The position numbers and the translations under genes were made by a program. DNA of 63,738 nt, the filler included, from Octopus bimaculoides (lineage: Eukaryota), in the NCBI RefSeq assembly GCF_001194135.2. It is 7 parts of 6 records of this genome, joined end to end, with 100 filler letters (N's around TTAATTAATTAA, not from the genome) between each part and the next. Parts side by side here need not be neighbours in the genome. Positions count along the whole stretch, not along the records: positions 40,981 to 53,812 come from NC_068990.1; positions 53,913 to 56,184 come from NC_069000.1; positions 56,285 to 62,240 come from NC_068984.1; positions 62,341 to 63,738 come from NC_068995.1; 3 more parts are not named here. One strand, given 5' to 3'. The notes beneath the pieces were generated by a model. That model did not search any database. It was not told the DNA's origin and saw nothing but the letters and a program-made list of their open reading frames with translations. Shown here in pieces: positions 49,552 to 63,056 of the stretch. How positions within the stretch are numbered: position 1 is the stretch's first letter; every line of letters begins with the position of its first letter.

Positions 49552-50279
49552 ACCGAATGATGAAAATGTTCACTTTGTGATCACGATGTGCTTGGTTCGA
49601 ACTCACTCAGTGGTATCATTCATAAGTGACATTTTCTATAGCCTAGCGTAAACTCATACCTTGTGAGTGAAATTCAGTGCCCAAAACTATATGGAAGCCC
49701 GTCAGGTGGATTTTTCTTTTACTACGTATTTCAAAATGTACAGCCTAGTCGGCACACTGTGCCAGGTCGATTCTTTCTGCGAATTGCGTCAAAATGTACA
49801 CGTATTTGTAAAATAAACCTTAATTCAGGAGCAGGTAACTCATTCGAATTAACAATTGAATCCTCATCGTTAAATGACCGAGATCCTTTAATATATGAAC
49901 ACAAGCCAACACCAACGCATACCAAAAGTTAGTCAACTGATCCTCGTCACCTCGATCCACTAAAAACAGCATTAATCTGGTTACAGTTCTCGCCTGAGCC
50001 AAACTGTGCAGGAACTAAATATGAATATTTAAAGCGTTTCCAAACATCAAAATCTACATTTGAAGCAGAACAGAAACCAGGCATAATTATGAGCTGGAAA
50101 TTCACATTAAGCCACACTTTCGCATCATTAGTAATCAATCTTAGCAATCTTTAAACTTTACTCCAAGCTAAATGCTCTCCCAGTTTAATTCTGAGTACGA
50201 TATTCGTTTTCTAAATGAGTTTATCTCATTTCATCTAGATGTCTCCTCGCCTTTCCTCCGATGCTGTATATTATTTTCG

Positions 50280-50500
<221 letters not shown>

Positions 50501-50552
50501 GTTGCTATTACCGATCTAGCACTTTTATGTGTTTACATGCATAAATACAAGC

Positions 50553-50629
<77 letters not shown>

Positions 50630-51123
50630 ATACATATGTATATATATATACATATATATACACTTATATTTATGTGTACGTAAATATATACACACGTCTA
50701 TACACACATTTTTGTTTCTCTTTCGTTCTATATATACATATATAAATTTGTATATTTTTATCTGTATTTATATATATTTATGTGTGTGCATATATATATA
50801 TATACATATATATAAATATACACATACACACATACATACACACAGGCATACGTACATACATACATACATACATACATACATACATACACACAAACATCCA
50901 TACATACATACATATGATAAAGAGAGATATGAGAAGGCATACACAGACAGAAAATTCCTATAACGTTATATAATAAATGCAAGGCTCGAATTCACACACA
51001 CAGAGACCTCTGCGTAAATGAATGTGTGCGCATACATACACATCACATTAGCTTAAACAAAACGCACGCAAACGCACACACGCACGCAAACGCACACACG
51101 CACACACACATACACATACATAT

Positions 51124-51172
<49 letters not shown>

Positions 51173-51470
51173 NNNNNNNNNNNNNNNNNNNNNNNNNNNN
51201 NNNNNNNNNNNNNNNNNNNNNNNNNNNNNNNNNNNNNNNNNNNNNNNNNNNNNNNNNNNNNNNNNNNNNNNNNNNNNNNNNNNNNNNNNNNNNNNNNNNN
51301 NNNNNNNNNNNNNNNNNNNNNNNNNNNNNNNNNNNNNNNNNNNNNNNNNNNNNNNNNNNNNNNNNNNNNNNNNNNNNNNNNNNNNNNNNNNNNNNNNNNN
51401 NNNNNNNNNNNNNNNNNNNNNNNNNNNNNNNNNNNNNNNNNNNNNNNNNNNNNNNNNNNNNNNNNNNNNN

Positions 51471-51474
51471 CAGG

Positions 51475-51526
<52 letters not shown>

Positions 51527-51761
51527 GGTGGTGGTGGCGGTGGTGGGGACATGTATTGCAATGGTAGTGATTAATTGGGGCATTTTTTGCAGGGGGCGGG
51601 GAGTTACAATACTAGTTTTAATAATATCTTCTATGTGATTTTGATTTAGAATTCTTTTGTATGAATCTTTATTGCTAGATATCCTTAATGGTTATTATGA
51701 ATTTCCTCATACAATAAACGCCATTATCATTATCATTGTTTCCGGTACAATCATAACCATT

Positions 51762-51801
<40 letters not shown>

Positions 51802-51959
51802 CTATTATTATCATAACCATTATCATCATCACCATCATCATCATAATCATCACTACCATCATCATTATCATCTTCGTCATCATAACCAGCACCGTCATCA
51901 TCATCATGATCATTATCATCATCATAACCATCATCATCATCATCATCATCATCATCATA

Positions 51960-51999
<40 letters not shown>

Positions 52000-52060
52000 A
52001 CATCATTATTATTATTGTCATATCCATCGAGTTCGTCATCGTCAGCCCCATCATCATTTT
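51471..52060. repeat. (GAT)n/(GGT)n and degenerate (ATC)n arrays
   Basis: Seen directly. Confidence 0.93.
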
Positions 52061-52756
52061 TATCGTCAAATACAATAAGCATATAACTTGTGCATAACAT
52101 CTCTTACGTCCATGTCCTACATTAGATTCGTTGCTCACCTTGAGGAACAATATAACATGAGACTAGTTTTAAAGAACAGCAACTGGTAAACTACCAATTA
52201 TTATTTACTTAAGCCCTTCGCTCTCAACGAAACGTCGGCCAGCGACCATTTCACTCTACTGTTCCCGGCTTTAGGTTGCTTTTAACGCCCTCCACTCCCA
52301 GATTTTATTGGTTTCAAATTTAACTATGCTTCTGCGTTGGCCCCTCGGAAACTCCTTTTTACCTCTGCAAACAATTGGTCAATATTAGACTAGATTCTAT
52401 CCTTAGACTCTGTCCGGCGTGGGAAACCCTTCCAGGCGCTTGCACTTCGTTAGTATAAGACCTCAGAATCACTGTGGTGCAGAAGGAATCACACTGCATC
52501 GATGGTTGGACCCTTTGAACTATCTTTTCTGAAGAAGACAATAAAAGATGAAATCCATGATCGGATACTTGACGAAAAATAACAACCATTCGCCGTAAAT
52601 CTTCCTCAGACATATTCAAGAACACAGAACATTCGAGAACCCAGAATATTCCTTACCCTTTCTAGTTTTCTCCTTGCCTGAACCTTTAGAAATTATTCTA
52701 GCAAAAAGACAGTGTCTTTTATTCGTTTAATTTTCCACAGTAATGTTTGGGTCTCT

Positions 52757-52941
52757 GGTGGGGAGCTGGCAGAATCGATAGCACCCCAGAACAAAAGCTT
52801 AGCGGCATTTCGTTCATCTCTGCGTTCTGATTTCAAATGCCGCCGATAAAATAAGTAACATTTGAACACTAGGGTCGTTATGATCGACTGATACCTACGC
52901 AGCTCCGCTAAATTGCTGACCTTGTGCCAAAATCTGTAACC
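52757..52941 (+). mobile_element. SINE family B with internal deletion
   Basis: GAGCTGGCAGAATCG..GCTTAGCGGCATTTCG..AAATTGCTGACCTTGTGCCAAAAT; the central Nin-like block is missing. Confidence 0.8.
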
Positions 52942-53479
52942 AACACGAAAGACTTTATTCTGGTCATATATTAAAATGTGGGTCAAAAACGCTCCTATTT
53001 GAGATCAGGCTCAGCAACGTTTGAGTTTTTGTATGAGAGTCAGTCTTGCGTCGTTGATGACGTCGTTATTTCTAATGCCGTTAATGAATTAGATTTTGTT
53101 TTCGAAAAATTCTGCAGTTTTTGAATTTTATTTAGAAACAACTCTATAATGTAACTATTATCGATATCTCATAAGTGTGTGACATCGATTCTGTCTGCAT
53201 TTTCAGTTTCTTAATCCTATAAGTTCCACTGTGAAGTAGTTTTGATTGCGTTTTTACTGTTTTGCGTTTGCAAGAATGTGTACTTTCGGTGGTGCTGCCT
53301 GGTTGACTTCAATTTGTCGTGAATCTATTTGAAATCAACGTTCGAGATTTTTGATAAAATCCTTTTAATATGTTTTTTTTATATAATATCGATCAAATAA
53401 AAAATTATTTGCCTCTAACAAATATCTTACATGTAATGACACAAACATATAAAAATTATACTTATTCACGAAACGTTTC

Positions 53480-53812
53480 TTTCCTTTCCACAAAAAGCGG
53501 AAGAGGATGCGCTCCATTTCGGTGATGGCTCGATTGGGACAAGGCACGACGGTCAGGCGGTATTCGATGACGGACGCGATGTACGCGTTCACCACCTCCG
53601 CCCGACCTTTTAGGGACAGCTTCCTGTCGGACCATTGTCGGCAGAGAGTGGCCACCCTACTCGTTATCTCGTCCCAGTTCTTCTCCGTTTGCAGGTCCGG
53701 ACCGAACCAGACTCCGAGCAACTTTACCGGACCGTCTATCCAGCGTCCCACTACTGAGGCGCTGCCGGACGGTATGGGCTTGCTTCTCCAGGTGCCGAGC
53801 AGCAAACCCACC
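53480..53812 (-). pseudogene. L1/Tx1-clade LINE ORF2 fragment (post-RT region)
   Basis: KLLGVWFG....NW.......W..RKLSLKGRAEVVN....S.I.YRL.V.P......ERILFRFLWKGK. GC-rich; truncated by a gap. Confidence 0.85.
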
Positions 53813-53912
53813 NNNNNNNNNNNNNNNNNNNNNNNNNNNNNNNNNNNNNNNNNNNNTTAATTAATTAANNNNNNNNNNNNNNNNNNNNNNNNNNNNNNNN
53901 NNNNNNNNNNNN

Positions 53913-53945
<33 letters not shown>

Positions 53946-54767
53946 TATATATAAATCCAAGAAAGTTAGGGGTTGTGAATCCAACCCACTAAGGGATAAT
54001 ATCTATCCAATATATTACTTACATACGTACATCCATACATACATACATGCATACATACATACATACATACATACATATCTGTATACACGCACATGCGAAT
54101 ATGCACACATACATACATACGACTGAGTTTACATATGTGAAGAAGTGGCACTCAACACATTTGGAAGCAGTTTACATATAGTATTTAATAACAATTTAAC
54201 TCAGCTCCATGCAGCTTAAAGTTTCTTAGACTTGTTAGGCATTTTAAGATGAAGTAACTGGATATAAGACAAATTCAAGGTAACTATAGTTTTTAGGTCT
54301 CTCTTGGTGACATCAATTATTTTCTTTGTTCTTTAGCCTGCATGGATGAAGGTAATTAGTTGTCGATATATCTTGTGGCTGCAGTATAGTTTAATCAGCG
54401 ACATCAGTTCGTTGCATTCGGATGAGTGGAGAGGTAACTCTATAACACCGGAAATGCATGATTTCAGCGATACACACACATGCTTATACAGTGACAAGCA
54501 CATAACTGTATTGCTTTGCATAGGGTTATGATGTTATGATTTCAAAAAAAGGATGAAATGGCGCTATAAATGGCTACCAATGATTATAAAATATCTAGCA
54601 CCCTTATTTTGAGAAGAGAAAATTATTAAACAGGTATAGTCTGGGCTACTTCGCCATGATTGCTTATTTAACTAAGAGTGATCCCTTCCCTTACAATAAC
54701 TGCCGCCAGCACACATGTACCCACACGTATATGTATGTATGTATGTAAAATTTCAAACAAATTTATT

Positions 54768-54893
54768 TCAGTTTGGGGTAGGACCGCCTTTGGCAGTAAT
54801 TACACGTTGAATTCTACGAAGTATGGACTCGTACAAAGTTTGAATTGTTTCCAAAGGAATTTTTGTCCATTCTTCAGCTAAAACAGTCTCCAG
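54768..54893 (-). pseudogene. Tc1-family transposase C-terminus
   Basis: LETVLAEEWTKIPLETIQTLYESILRRIQRVITAKGGPTPN* matches the Tc1 EEW..IP....L..SM.RR...VI.AKGG.T.Y pattern. Confidence 0.8.
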
Positions 54894-55324
54894 TTTTTGT
54901 TGTGATGATGATGGAGGATATCGAGAGAAAGAGAAAGTGAGAGTGGGGGTGAGGGGTGAGTCAAAAGGTGAGATCCAGAGATGCTTAATACAGAAAACAC
55001 GTAGGAGTAGTGCTCAAATGATTTGAACTTAAACTTCGGAATCTTCACCGAGGACTAAGTCTGTAGGGTGAATAGTGGCTATAATAGGAATCCAGGTGAG
55101 CTGGTATGGAGATAATGATGGAAATATACAAATGAACACACTTAGGCGTGATATATGAAATATACATGCTTGTATATGGATGTAAATACGAGTATATATA
55201 GGGATATATATATAGAGAGAGAAACAAAAACTGAAAATATTCATCAGATGAACATTCACACATACACACAGACACACACAAACACACACACACACACATA
55301 CACACACACACACACATATATATA

Positions 55325-55680
55325 GGCGCAGGAGTGGCTGTGTGGTAGGAAGCTTGCTTCCCAACCATATGGTTCCGGGTTCAGACCCACTGCGTGGCAC
55401 ATTGGGCTGACCAAAGCCGAGTGGATTTGGTAGATGGAAACTGAAAGAAACTCGTCGTATATATATATATATGTATTTGTTACTTGTGTCTGTGTTTGTT
55501 CCCCAACCATCGATTGACGACCGATGTTGGTGTGATTACGTCCCCGTAACTTAGCGGCTCGGCAAAAAGTAACCGATAGAATAAATACTAGGCTTCTAAA
55601 GAATAAGTCCTGGGGTCGATTTGTTCGACCAAAGGCGGTGCTCCAGTATGGCCGCAATCAGATGACTGAAACAGAAGAGA
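55325..55680 (+). mobile_element. SINE family A, near full length, small internal deletions
   Basis: Head to tail collinear with 22584-23054. Confidence 0.9.
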
Positions 55681-55991
55681 AGGCATGGTATTTCAGGTTC
55701 GAGAAGTGTTTTGGGGTGGGGGCTCAGAACTACATAGTAGTTGTAATGTTGGGAGATGGAGTGTGTAAGACGGCAAGTGTCTGCAACCAATAATGGATGC
55801 ATATAAACATTGCCGTAATCCTGACCTCCACCTTCAGGAGGGAGAGATTTGCATTTCATATATATATACAGTGCATGCTAAATCCACAAGTTTCTTTTTC
55901 TCACTCTGTGTATTTCCTGGTGTTTCTTTTCTGTTGAAGAGCGTAGGTTCGAAACGTAAAAGACTTCTTGACTTTTCCGAGCGTCAAACTA

Positions 55992-56137
55992 ATAAGCTTA
56001 AAGCTTATGGTGATCACTGTGCAATGACTAACGAAAATAATCTAATAAAGAGACTTATAAGCCCTCGACAGAAAAAAAGGCTTTCCTAGGATAGGAAAGC
56101 CTCATTGCACGGTGATCGCCATAAGCTTTAAGCTTAT
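55992..56137. repeat. Nested palindromic element
   Basis: 36-bp arms (34/36 match) plus an 11-bp perfect inner hairpin at 56078-56102. Confidence 0.9.
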
Positions 56138-56152
56138 ATAAAATCACCATTG

Positions 56153-56184
<32 letters not shown>

Positions 56185-56284
56185 NNNNNNNNNNNNNNNN
56201 NNNNNNNNNNNNNNNNNNNNNNNNNNNNTTAATTAATTAANNNNNNNNNNNNNNNNNNNNNNNNNNNNNNNNNNNNNNNNNNNN

Positions 56285-56540
56285 ATTCCTATCATAGTAG
56301 GTGCCTTAGGTATAATAAAAAAATATTCAGACAAATACATAACAAAAACACCAGGACTTACAAATATATATAACATACAGAAAATTGCACTACTGGGTAC
56401 TGCACACATTCTACGCAAAACACTTTCAATACAGTAAACATAAGAGCACCACAGCAAACCACAGCACATACCCAAGGCGCACAGAGCTGCGCTCGGTAGT
56501 GAAGTGAAAGCACGTTATAAAAATAAAACTACTGAATAAT
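56285..56540 (+). mobile_element. R4/Dong-like LINE 3' end with (AAT)n tail
   Basis: IPIIVGALGIIKKYSDKYITKTPGLTNIYNIQKIALLGTAHILRKTLSIQ* followed by the UTR. Confidence 0.9.
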
Positions 56541-56917
56541 AATAATAATAATAATAATAAATTCTGTTTTATTGGCCACAAGGGCTAATATAAATCAAAA
56601 ACATGTAAGGACAAAGACAGGACGATGGTTACAAAGGGTTTTATCCGAAATGTAGAAAACGTTCGTGTAAACAATAATAATAATAATTCAACACACCATG
56701 TATATACTTTATTCAAACTGGGAGCGAATAACAGCGTCTCTCCGTGATCGCCCGACCAGTTATAAAAGCAACTTTTGAGTTGCTTTTCTAGCCTTACGAA
56801 AAGAAAAGTAATTCAAAATGCTTTTAGTTATATAATTCTTAATGCACTTTGCATGAAAACACACACACACATACACACACACTCACAATACACACACACG
56901 TACATACGCGCACACAC

Positions 56918-56981
<64 letters not shown>

Positions 56982-58010
56982 ACATACGCACACACACGCA
57001 TCTCGCTTAAATCATATCCTAGCGTCTTCAAAAAAAGACTGAGTAATGTAGTCCGGGATATACTATGACAAGAAGAAAAATCAAAAAGAAAAAAAAGGAC
57101 AGATGGTTGAGGCTGTAACAACTTCGTTTATAGGTCTGGGTTATTCAAGTCTATCTTGAGGTTAAACAACAACAACTGCCAGCACGTGTTGTGAAACTCA
57201 TGCTCACACACACACACCTACACCCACACACATGTACTATTCCTTTAACACGTGGATTATATTAAGTGAAAAAGTAAAAAAAGAAAAAAACAATCTTACG
57301 TAGTACAATGACGTCTATATTGGAACTGAAGCACAAGTATGAACTTATTTACTATCACTTAGGATGGATAATAATAACTCAGACTTGGTTACGCAACAAC
57401 GATCGAAATGAAAGAAGAAAGAAAACGAAATAAAAGAAGATTGAGGAAAGCGACGGGAAGAAGCCGAGAAAAGCGATAGACACAAGAGCGAGTGAAGGAG
57501 AGAAAGATTGAGTGAGTGATTGAGTGAGTGAGTGAGTGGATGAGTGAGTGAGAGAGAGAGAGAGAGAGCAGCGATGAATATTTCTGCTTGCTCATAAGAG
57601 AGTGACTCATGCAAAATAATAAACAATGATGTTGATGACGAGGTGGAGGTGGTGATGGTGGTGGTGTCGGTGGGGGATGATGAAACTGCTGCTGCAGTTG
57701 TTGCTATTGATGATGATGCTGGTGAAGATGATGATGGTGACGATGATGATGGTGAAGATGATGACGATGATGATGACTGATGATGAGGATTGATGAGAAT
57801 GATGGCAATGCTAGTTTCTTCGGCGGGGAGAAATTGTTTTTAGTCAGAGTTTATTTTGCCTCAAGGGCACTCAATATATAAAATAAAATCATACAGACTC
57901 TTAAGTAACTAAACTAAACTACGTAAGCAATTAACTAATTAACTCACTCACTCACTCACTCACTAAGTAACTAAGTAACTAACTAACTTACTAACTATAT
58001 ACACCTATAT

Positions 58011-58136
<126 letters not shown>

Positions 58137-58801
58137 NNNNNNNNNNNNNNNNNNNNNNNNNNNNNNNNNNNNNNNNNNNNNNNNNNNNNNNNNNNNNNNN
58201 NNNNNNNNNNNNNNNNNNNNNNNNNNNNNNNNNNNNNNNNNNNNNNNNNNNNNNNNNNNNNNNNNNNNNNNNNNNNNNNNNNNNNNNNNNNNNNNNNNNN
58301 NNNNNNNNNNNNNNNNNNNNNNNNNNNNNNNNNNNNNNNNNNNNNNNNNNNNNNNNNNNNNNNNNNNNNNNNNNNNNNNNNNNNNNNNNNNNNNNNNNNN
58401 NNNNNNNNNNNNNNNNNNNNNNNNNNNNNNNNNNNNNNNNNNNNNNNNNNNNNNNNNNNNNNNNNNNNNNNNNNNNNNNNNNNNNNNNNNNNNNNNNNNN
58501 NNNNNNNNNNNNNNNNNNNNNNNNNNNNNNNNNNNNNNNNNNNNNNNNNNNNNNNNNNNNNNNNNNNNNNNNNNNNNNNNNNNNNNNNNNNNNNNNNNNN
58601 NNNNNNNNNNNNNNNNNNNNNNNNNNNNNNNNNNNNNNNNNNNNNNNNNNNNNNNNNNNNNNNNNNNNNNNNNNNNNNNNNNNNNNNNNNNNNNNNNNNN
58701 NNNNNNNNNNNNNNNNNNNNNNNNNNNNNNNNNNNNNNNNNNNNNNNNNNNNNNNNNNNNNNNNNNNNNNNNNNNNNNNNNNNNNNNNNNNNNNNNNNNN
58801 N

Positions 58802-58841
<40 letters not shown>

Positions 58842-58894
58842 TGTATATATGAATGTATGTATATGGCGGGAAGATGTGTGAGTGAGCATAAGTA

Positions 58895-58943
58895 TTCTTT
58901 TACTGGTTTCTGTAATTAAACTGCGGCCATGCTACAGCACCGC
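58895..58943 (-). mobile_element. SINE family A 3' tip
   Basis: TCTTTTACTGGTTTC...CTGCGGCCATGCTACAGCACCGC. Confidence 0.65.
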
Positions 58944-59569
58944 GTTCGATGAATATTATTATACAGGCGAGCATATATCATTCCCTGCAATTACTTTACT
59001 CCGACAATTATTTTATCGATTTCTCTTTATCCAATTACTAAGTTGCAGGACTGATAGCAGCATAACGTAAACAACAATACCGGTCTTTAGACTAACGTAA
59101 ACAAAAACACAAACGCACACGCGCAAACAACTTACGCACGCATGTACGCACATATGTACGCACACATGTACGCACGCGCACACACACACTTATGTATATG
59201 TGTGTGTGAATTATGTATGTATGTATGTATGTATGTATGTATGTATGTATGTATGTATGAAACTGGTAAGACCATATTTCAAATGGGCACTCAATGCACG
59301 CTTTGGGTGGAGTGGATGTGATATTTAGAGCAAAAGGCACTTACATACATACATACATAAATACATACATGCATACATACATACATACATACGTACATAC
59401 ATACATACATACATACATAATGCATGCATGCATACATACATACATACATACGTACGTACATACATACATACATACATACACGTGTGCATATTCCCGAGCA
59501 TCATACTAATATATACTTTTGTTATTTACACCACCTGTCCTCGTTTGTTGTTATTATTTGTATATTCTC

Positions 59570-59625
<56 letters not shown>

Positions 59626-59798
59626 ATATATCTACATATATGTATATATATATCTATATCTATATATGTATATATATATATATTGAAGTAATAAAGTTAA
59701 TGTCTGGTCATGAATATACACATATGCACGTGGGCGTGTGTGTATATATATATGTATATATATTCATACATACATGCATACATACATACATACATACA

Positions 59799-59829
<31 letters not shown>

Positions 59830-59954
59830 GAGGTACGAATGCATATATGCATGTGTGTGTACATATAACGTTAAGGAAAAGGAAGCGTATCAATGTTATT
59901 ATACGTGGTGATGGTATTAGTGGTATTCCTACTCCAATCATATGATGTGTTGTT

Positions 59955-60009
59955 TGTAGTAGTAGTAGTAGTAGTGGTGGTGGTGGTGGCGGTGGTGGTG
60001 GTGATGGTG

Positions 60010-60050
<41 letters not shown>

Positions 60051-60060
60051 NNNNNNNNNN

Positions 60061-60108
<48 letters not shown>
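59955..60108. repeat. (TAG)n/(GGT)n microsatellite
   Basis: Seen directly. Confidence 0.95.
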
Positions 60109-60109
<1 letters not shown>

Positions 60110-62000
60110 AAAAGAGAAAGAAAAAGTGAAGAAGCTTCAGATAAGTTTTGTGTGCTCTCTAACGTTTTAGTCGTTTTTAACGAAACACGCACACTTTTAG
60201 CAAACGTATCATATCGCTCTGTAACACTCATTTACATACATCGCGCAACATTGTCGTGTTTACTAAACCACTATCGACAGCAAATTACACTTCAAAAAGA
60301 GACTAAGGTAAGCTTTTAGATCCCATAAACGCATGCATCCATATGCAAATAAAATTAGGATTTATGTAACTTTTTTTTTTTTTTTTTTCATTTCTAATTA
60401 GTCAAAATTTTGTGCTAATGGAAATGGAAAAAAAGTTCATTTCTTTTGTTTAGCTTTTGGGTTAGCTTTTCTGTTGCCGGACAAACTTTTAATACTTTAA
60501 CACTTCGTCTCCTCTTTTCTTTAACTTCCTTTACATTTTTCTCTTTCTGTCTTTTTGTCTTTCCTTTCTTCTCTCTTTCTCTCGCATTTTCTACACATTT
60601 ATATNNNNNNNNNNNNNNNNNNNNNNNNNNNNNNNNNNNNNNNNNNNNNNNNNNNNNNNNNNNNNNNNNNNNNNNNNNNNNNNNNNNNNNNNNNNNNNNN
60701 NNNNNNNNNNNNNNNNNNNNNNNNNNNNNNNNNNNNNNNNNNNNNNNNNNNNNNNNNNNNNNNNNNNNNNNNNNNNNNNNNNNNNNNNNNNNNNNNNNNN
60801 NNNNNNNNNNNNNNNNNNNNNNNNNNNNNNNNNNNNNNNNNNNNNNNNNNNNNNNNNNNNNNNNNNNNNNNNNNNNNNNNNNNNNNNNNNNNNNNNNNNN
60901 NNNNNNNNNNNNNNNNNNNNNATATATATATATATACAATCATTTTCTCTCTTTCGCTGTCTCCCTTTCTCTCACATCGTTTACATACACACACAAAAGT
61001 GCGCGCACACACACGCCCATTTTTAAATGCGTTTCTTTTGCAATTCATACAATTTTGTAAATGATTCTAACAAGTATTAACTTTCTTTTTTTGTATTTAT
61101 GTTATTTCAGCATCAAACAGAGAATTGATATACGGTATATAGATATACGTACACACAAGCGTGTGCGCGCGAGCACACACACACACACAAAAGTGCGCGC
61201 ACACATACATACACAAGCCAGTTTACACACGCTCAATTATTCATCTGTGTTCTATATGTATATGCGCGTATTCAAACATCTCGTATATACATGTATATGC
61301 TTATATTTTGTACTTACATTATACATAAATACATGTATATGTACATACATATATATATACATATATACACAAGTCCATCTACTTATGAGTACTTATAATT
61401 ATATATATAAGCATTCATATATAGATATATATGTATATGTACATAGATATACGTATACATATATTATTTATACATATATATATATACAGATATATAATAT
61501 ATATACATAAATGTATATACACATGCACATATGCATGTATGTACGTATGTATACGTACATACATGCATGTACACATACATGTACGTTGATAGCGTTAGAA
61601 AACCGGCGACTGAGCTTTACCGTTCCGTCAGATGTTAGTGAAAGTTCGTGTTTTAACCGCATATCAAAAATGGGAACCTATGATTATAAGCTAGAATTTG
61701 TCAATATTTGTCGTGAAATTGCATCAGTTGTCAACAGCCACGATTCGAGTCTATGCAGTAATTTCTAAGTGGTTGATAGTTGACTCGCTAAAAATAGTTG
61801 CTAAATATCGCAGAAACCACTCTTAAACCAATATGGGATATAGAATAACGAAGTCCGGGGCATACTATACCCAAAGAAAGAAAGATATTTAGACGGTGAT
61901 ATCTGGAATGGCTTTATTCATAGTTCTGTTCAATCAGCAACTGAGATCTATAAGTATAAGATGTTAAGGAAACTTTGGAGGATCAATATAAGGAAACCTT

Positions 62001-62220
62001 AAGGCGGTGAGCTGGCAGAATCGTTAGCATGCCGGGCAAAATGCTTAGTGGCATGTCGTCCGTTTTTATGTTCCAAGCTCAAATTCCACCGAGGTCGACT
62101 TTGCCTTTCATCCTTTCGGGGTCGATAACATAAGTACTAGTTGAACACTGGGGGTCGATGTAAACGACTAGCCCCCTTCCCCCGAAATTGCTGTCAAAAA
62201 ATCGTGCCAAAATTTGAAAC
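62001..62220 (+). mobile_element. Full-length SINE family B (Nin/Deu-domain-like) with 17-bp TSD
   Basis: CAATATAAGGAAACCTT (61984-62000) and CAATATTAGGAAACCTT (62221-62237). Core GAGGTCGACTTTGCCTTTCATCCTTTCGGGGTCGATAA. Confidence 0.92.
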
Positions 62221-62946
62221 CAATATTAGGAAACCTTCGTNNNNNNNNNNNNNNNNNNNNNNNNNNNNNNNNNNNNNNNNNNNNTTAATTAATTAANNNN
62301 NNNNNNNNNNNNNNNNNNNNNNNNNNNNNNNNNNNNNNNNTATATATATGAGATACAGATTTACAGGTACACATATACAGAGACACATTCGCCCACATAC
62401 ATGTAAAACATACACATACAGTTAGATATACTCTGTGTGTGTGCTGAAAATGAATGTTGGTATATTTTTCTTTTGAAAACTAATATTGTTTCAACAAGGA
62501 AGATGCGATAAATAGGGATAAGTGTAGAGAATTGTAGCAGTGTTTGTCTATTATTAGATTTTACTTAAAATATATTTGCAAAATATATTTTAGATTTTAA
62601 TAAAATTACGCCTTTATAAGTGGCCTTCTGCGTGCTGCAATTTCGATGCCAAGTTCAGTTGTTTTAATTCTCTTTTGCCGCTAATGTCCTCAGTAAAGAT
62701 ATGTAACTTCATAAAATTGCTATTTATTGCTATATCTTCCTACATAGCTATATTTTTTTATCTGTCTAAAATGAACAGATATTATATATTATTTCTAATA
62801 AATTGCTTTCTTAGATGACTTTACTTTTTTTAAAAGTCTAAATATGATTTTCAATATTAGCAATCGTCTAATGCGTGTTTGTTTTTTTTGTAAATATAGA
62901 TAAAATAATAATGAGCTCTACCTTACGTCTTGCTTTTCTCTTTCCC

Positions 62947-63056
<110 letters not shown>

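Noticed and set aside
52215-52247. CGAAACGTCGG, resembling the 3' half of a Penelope hammerhead
   Set aside because: No upstream CUGANGA or stem II.
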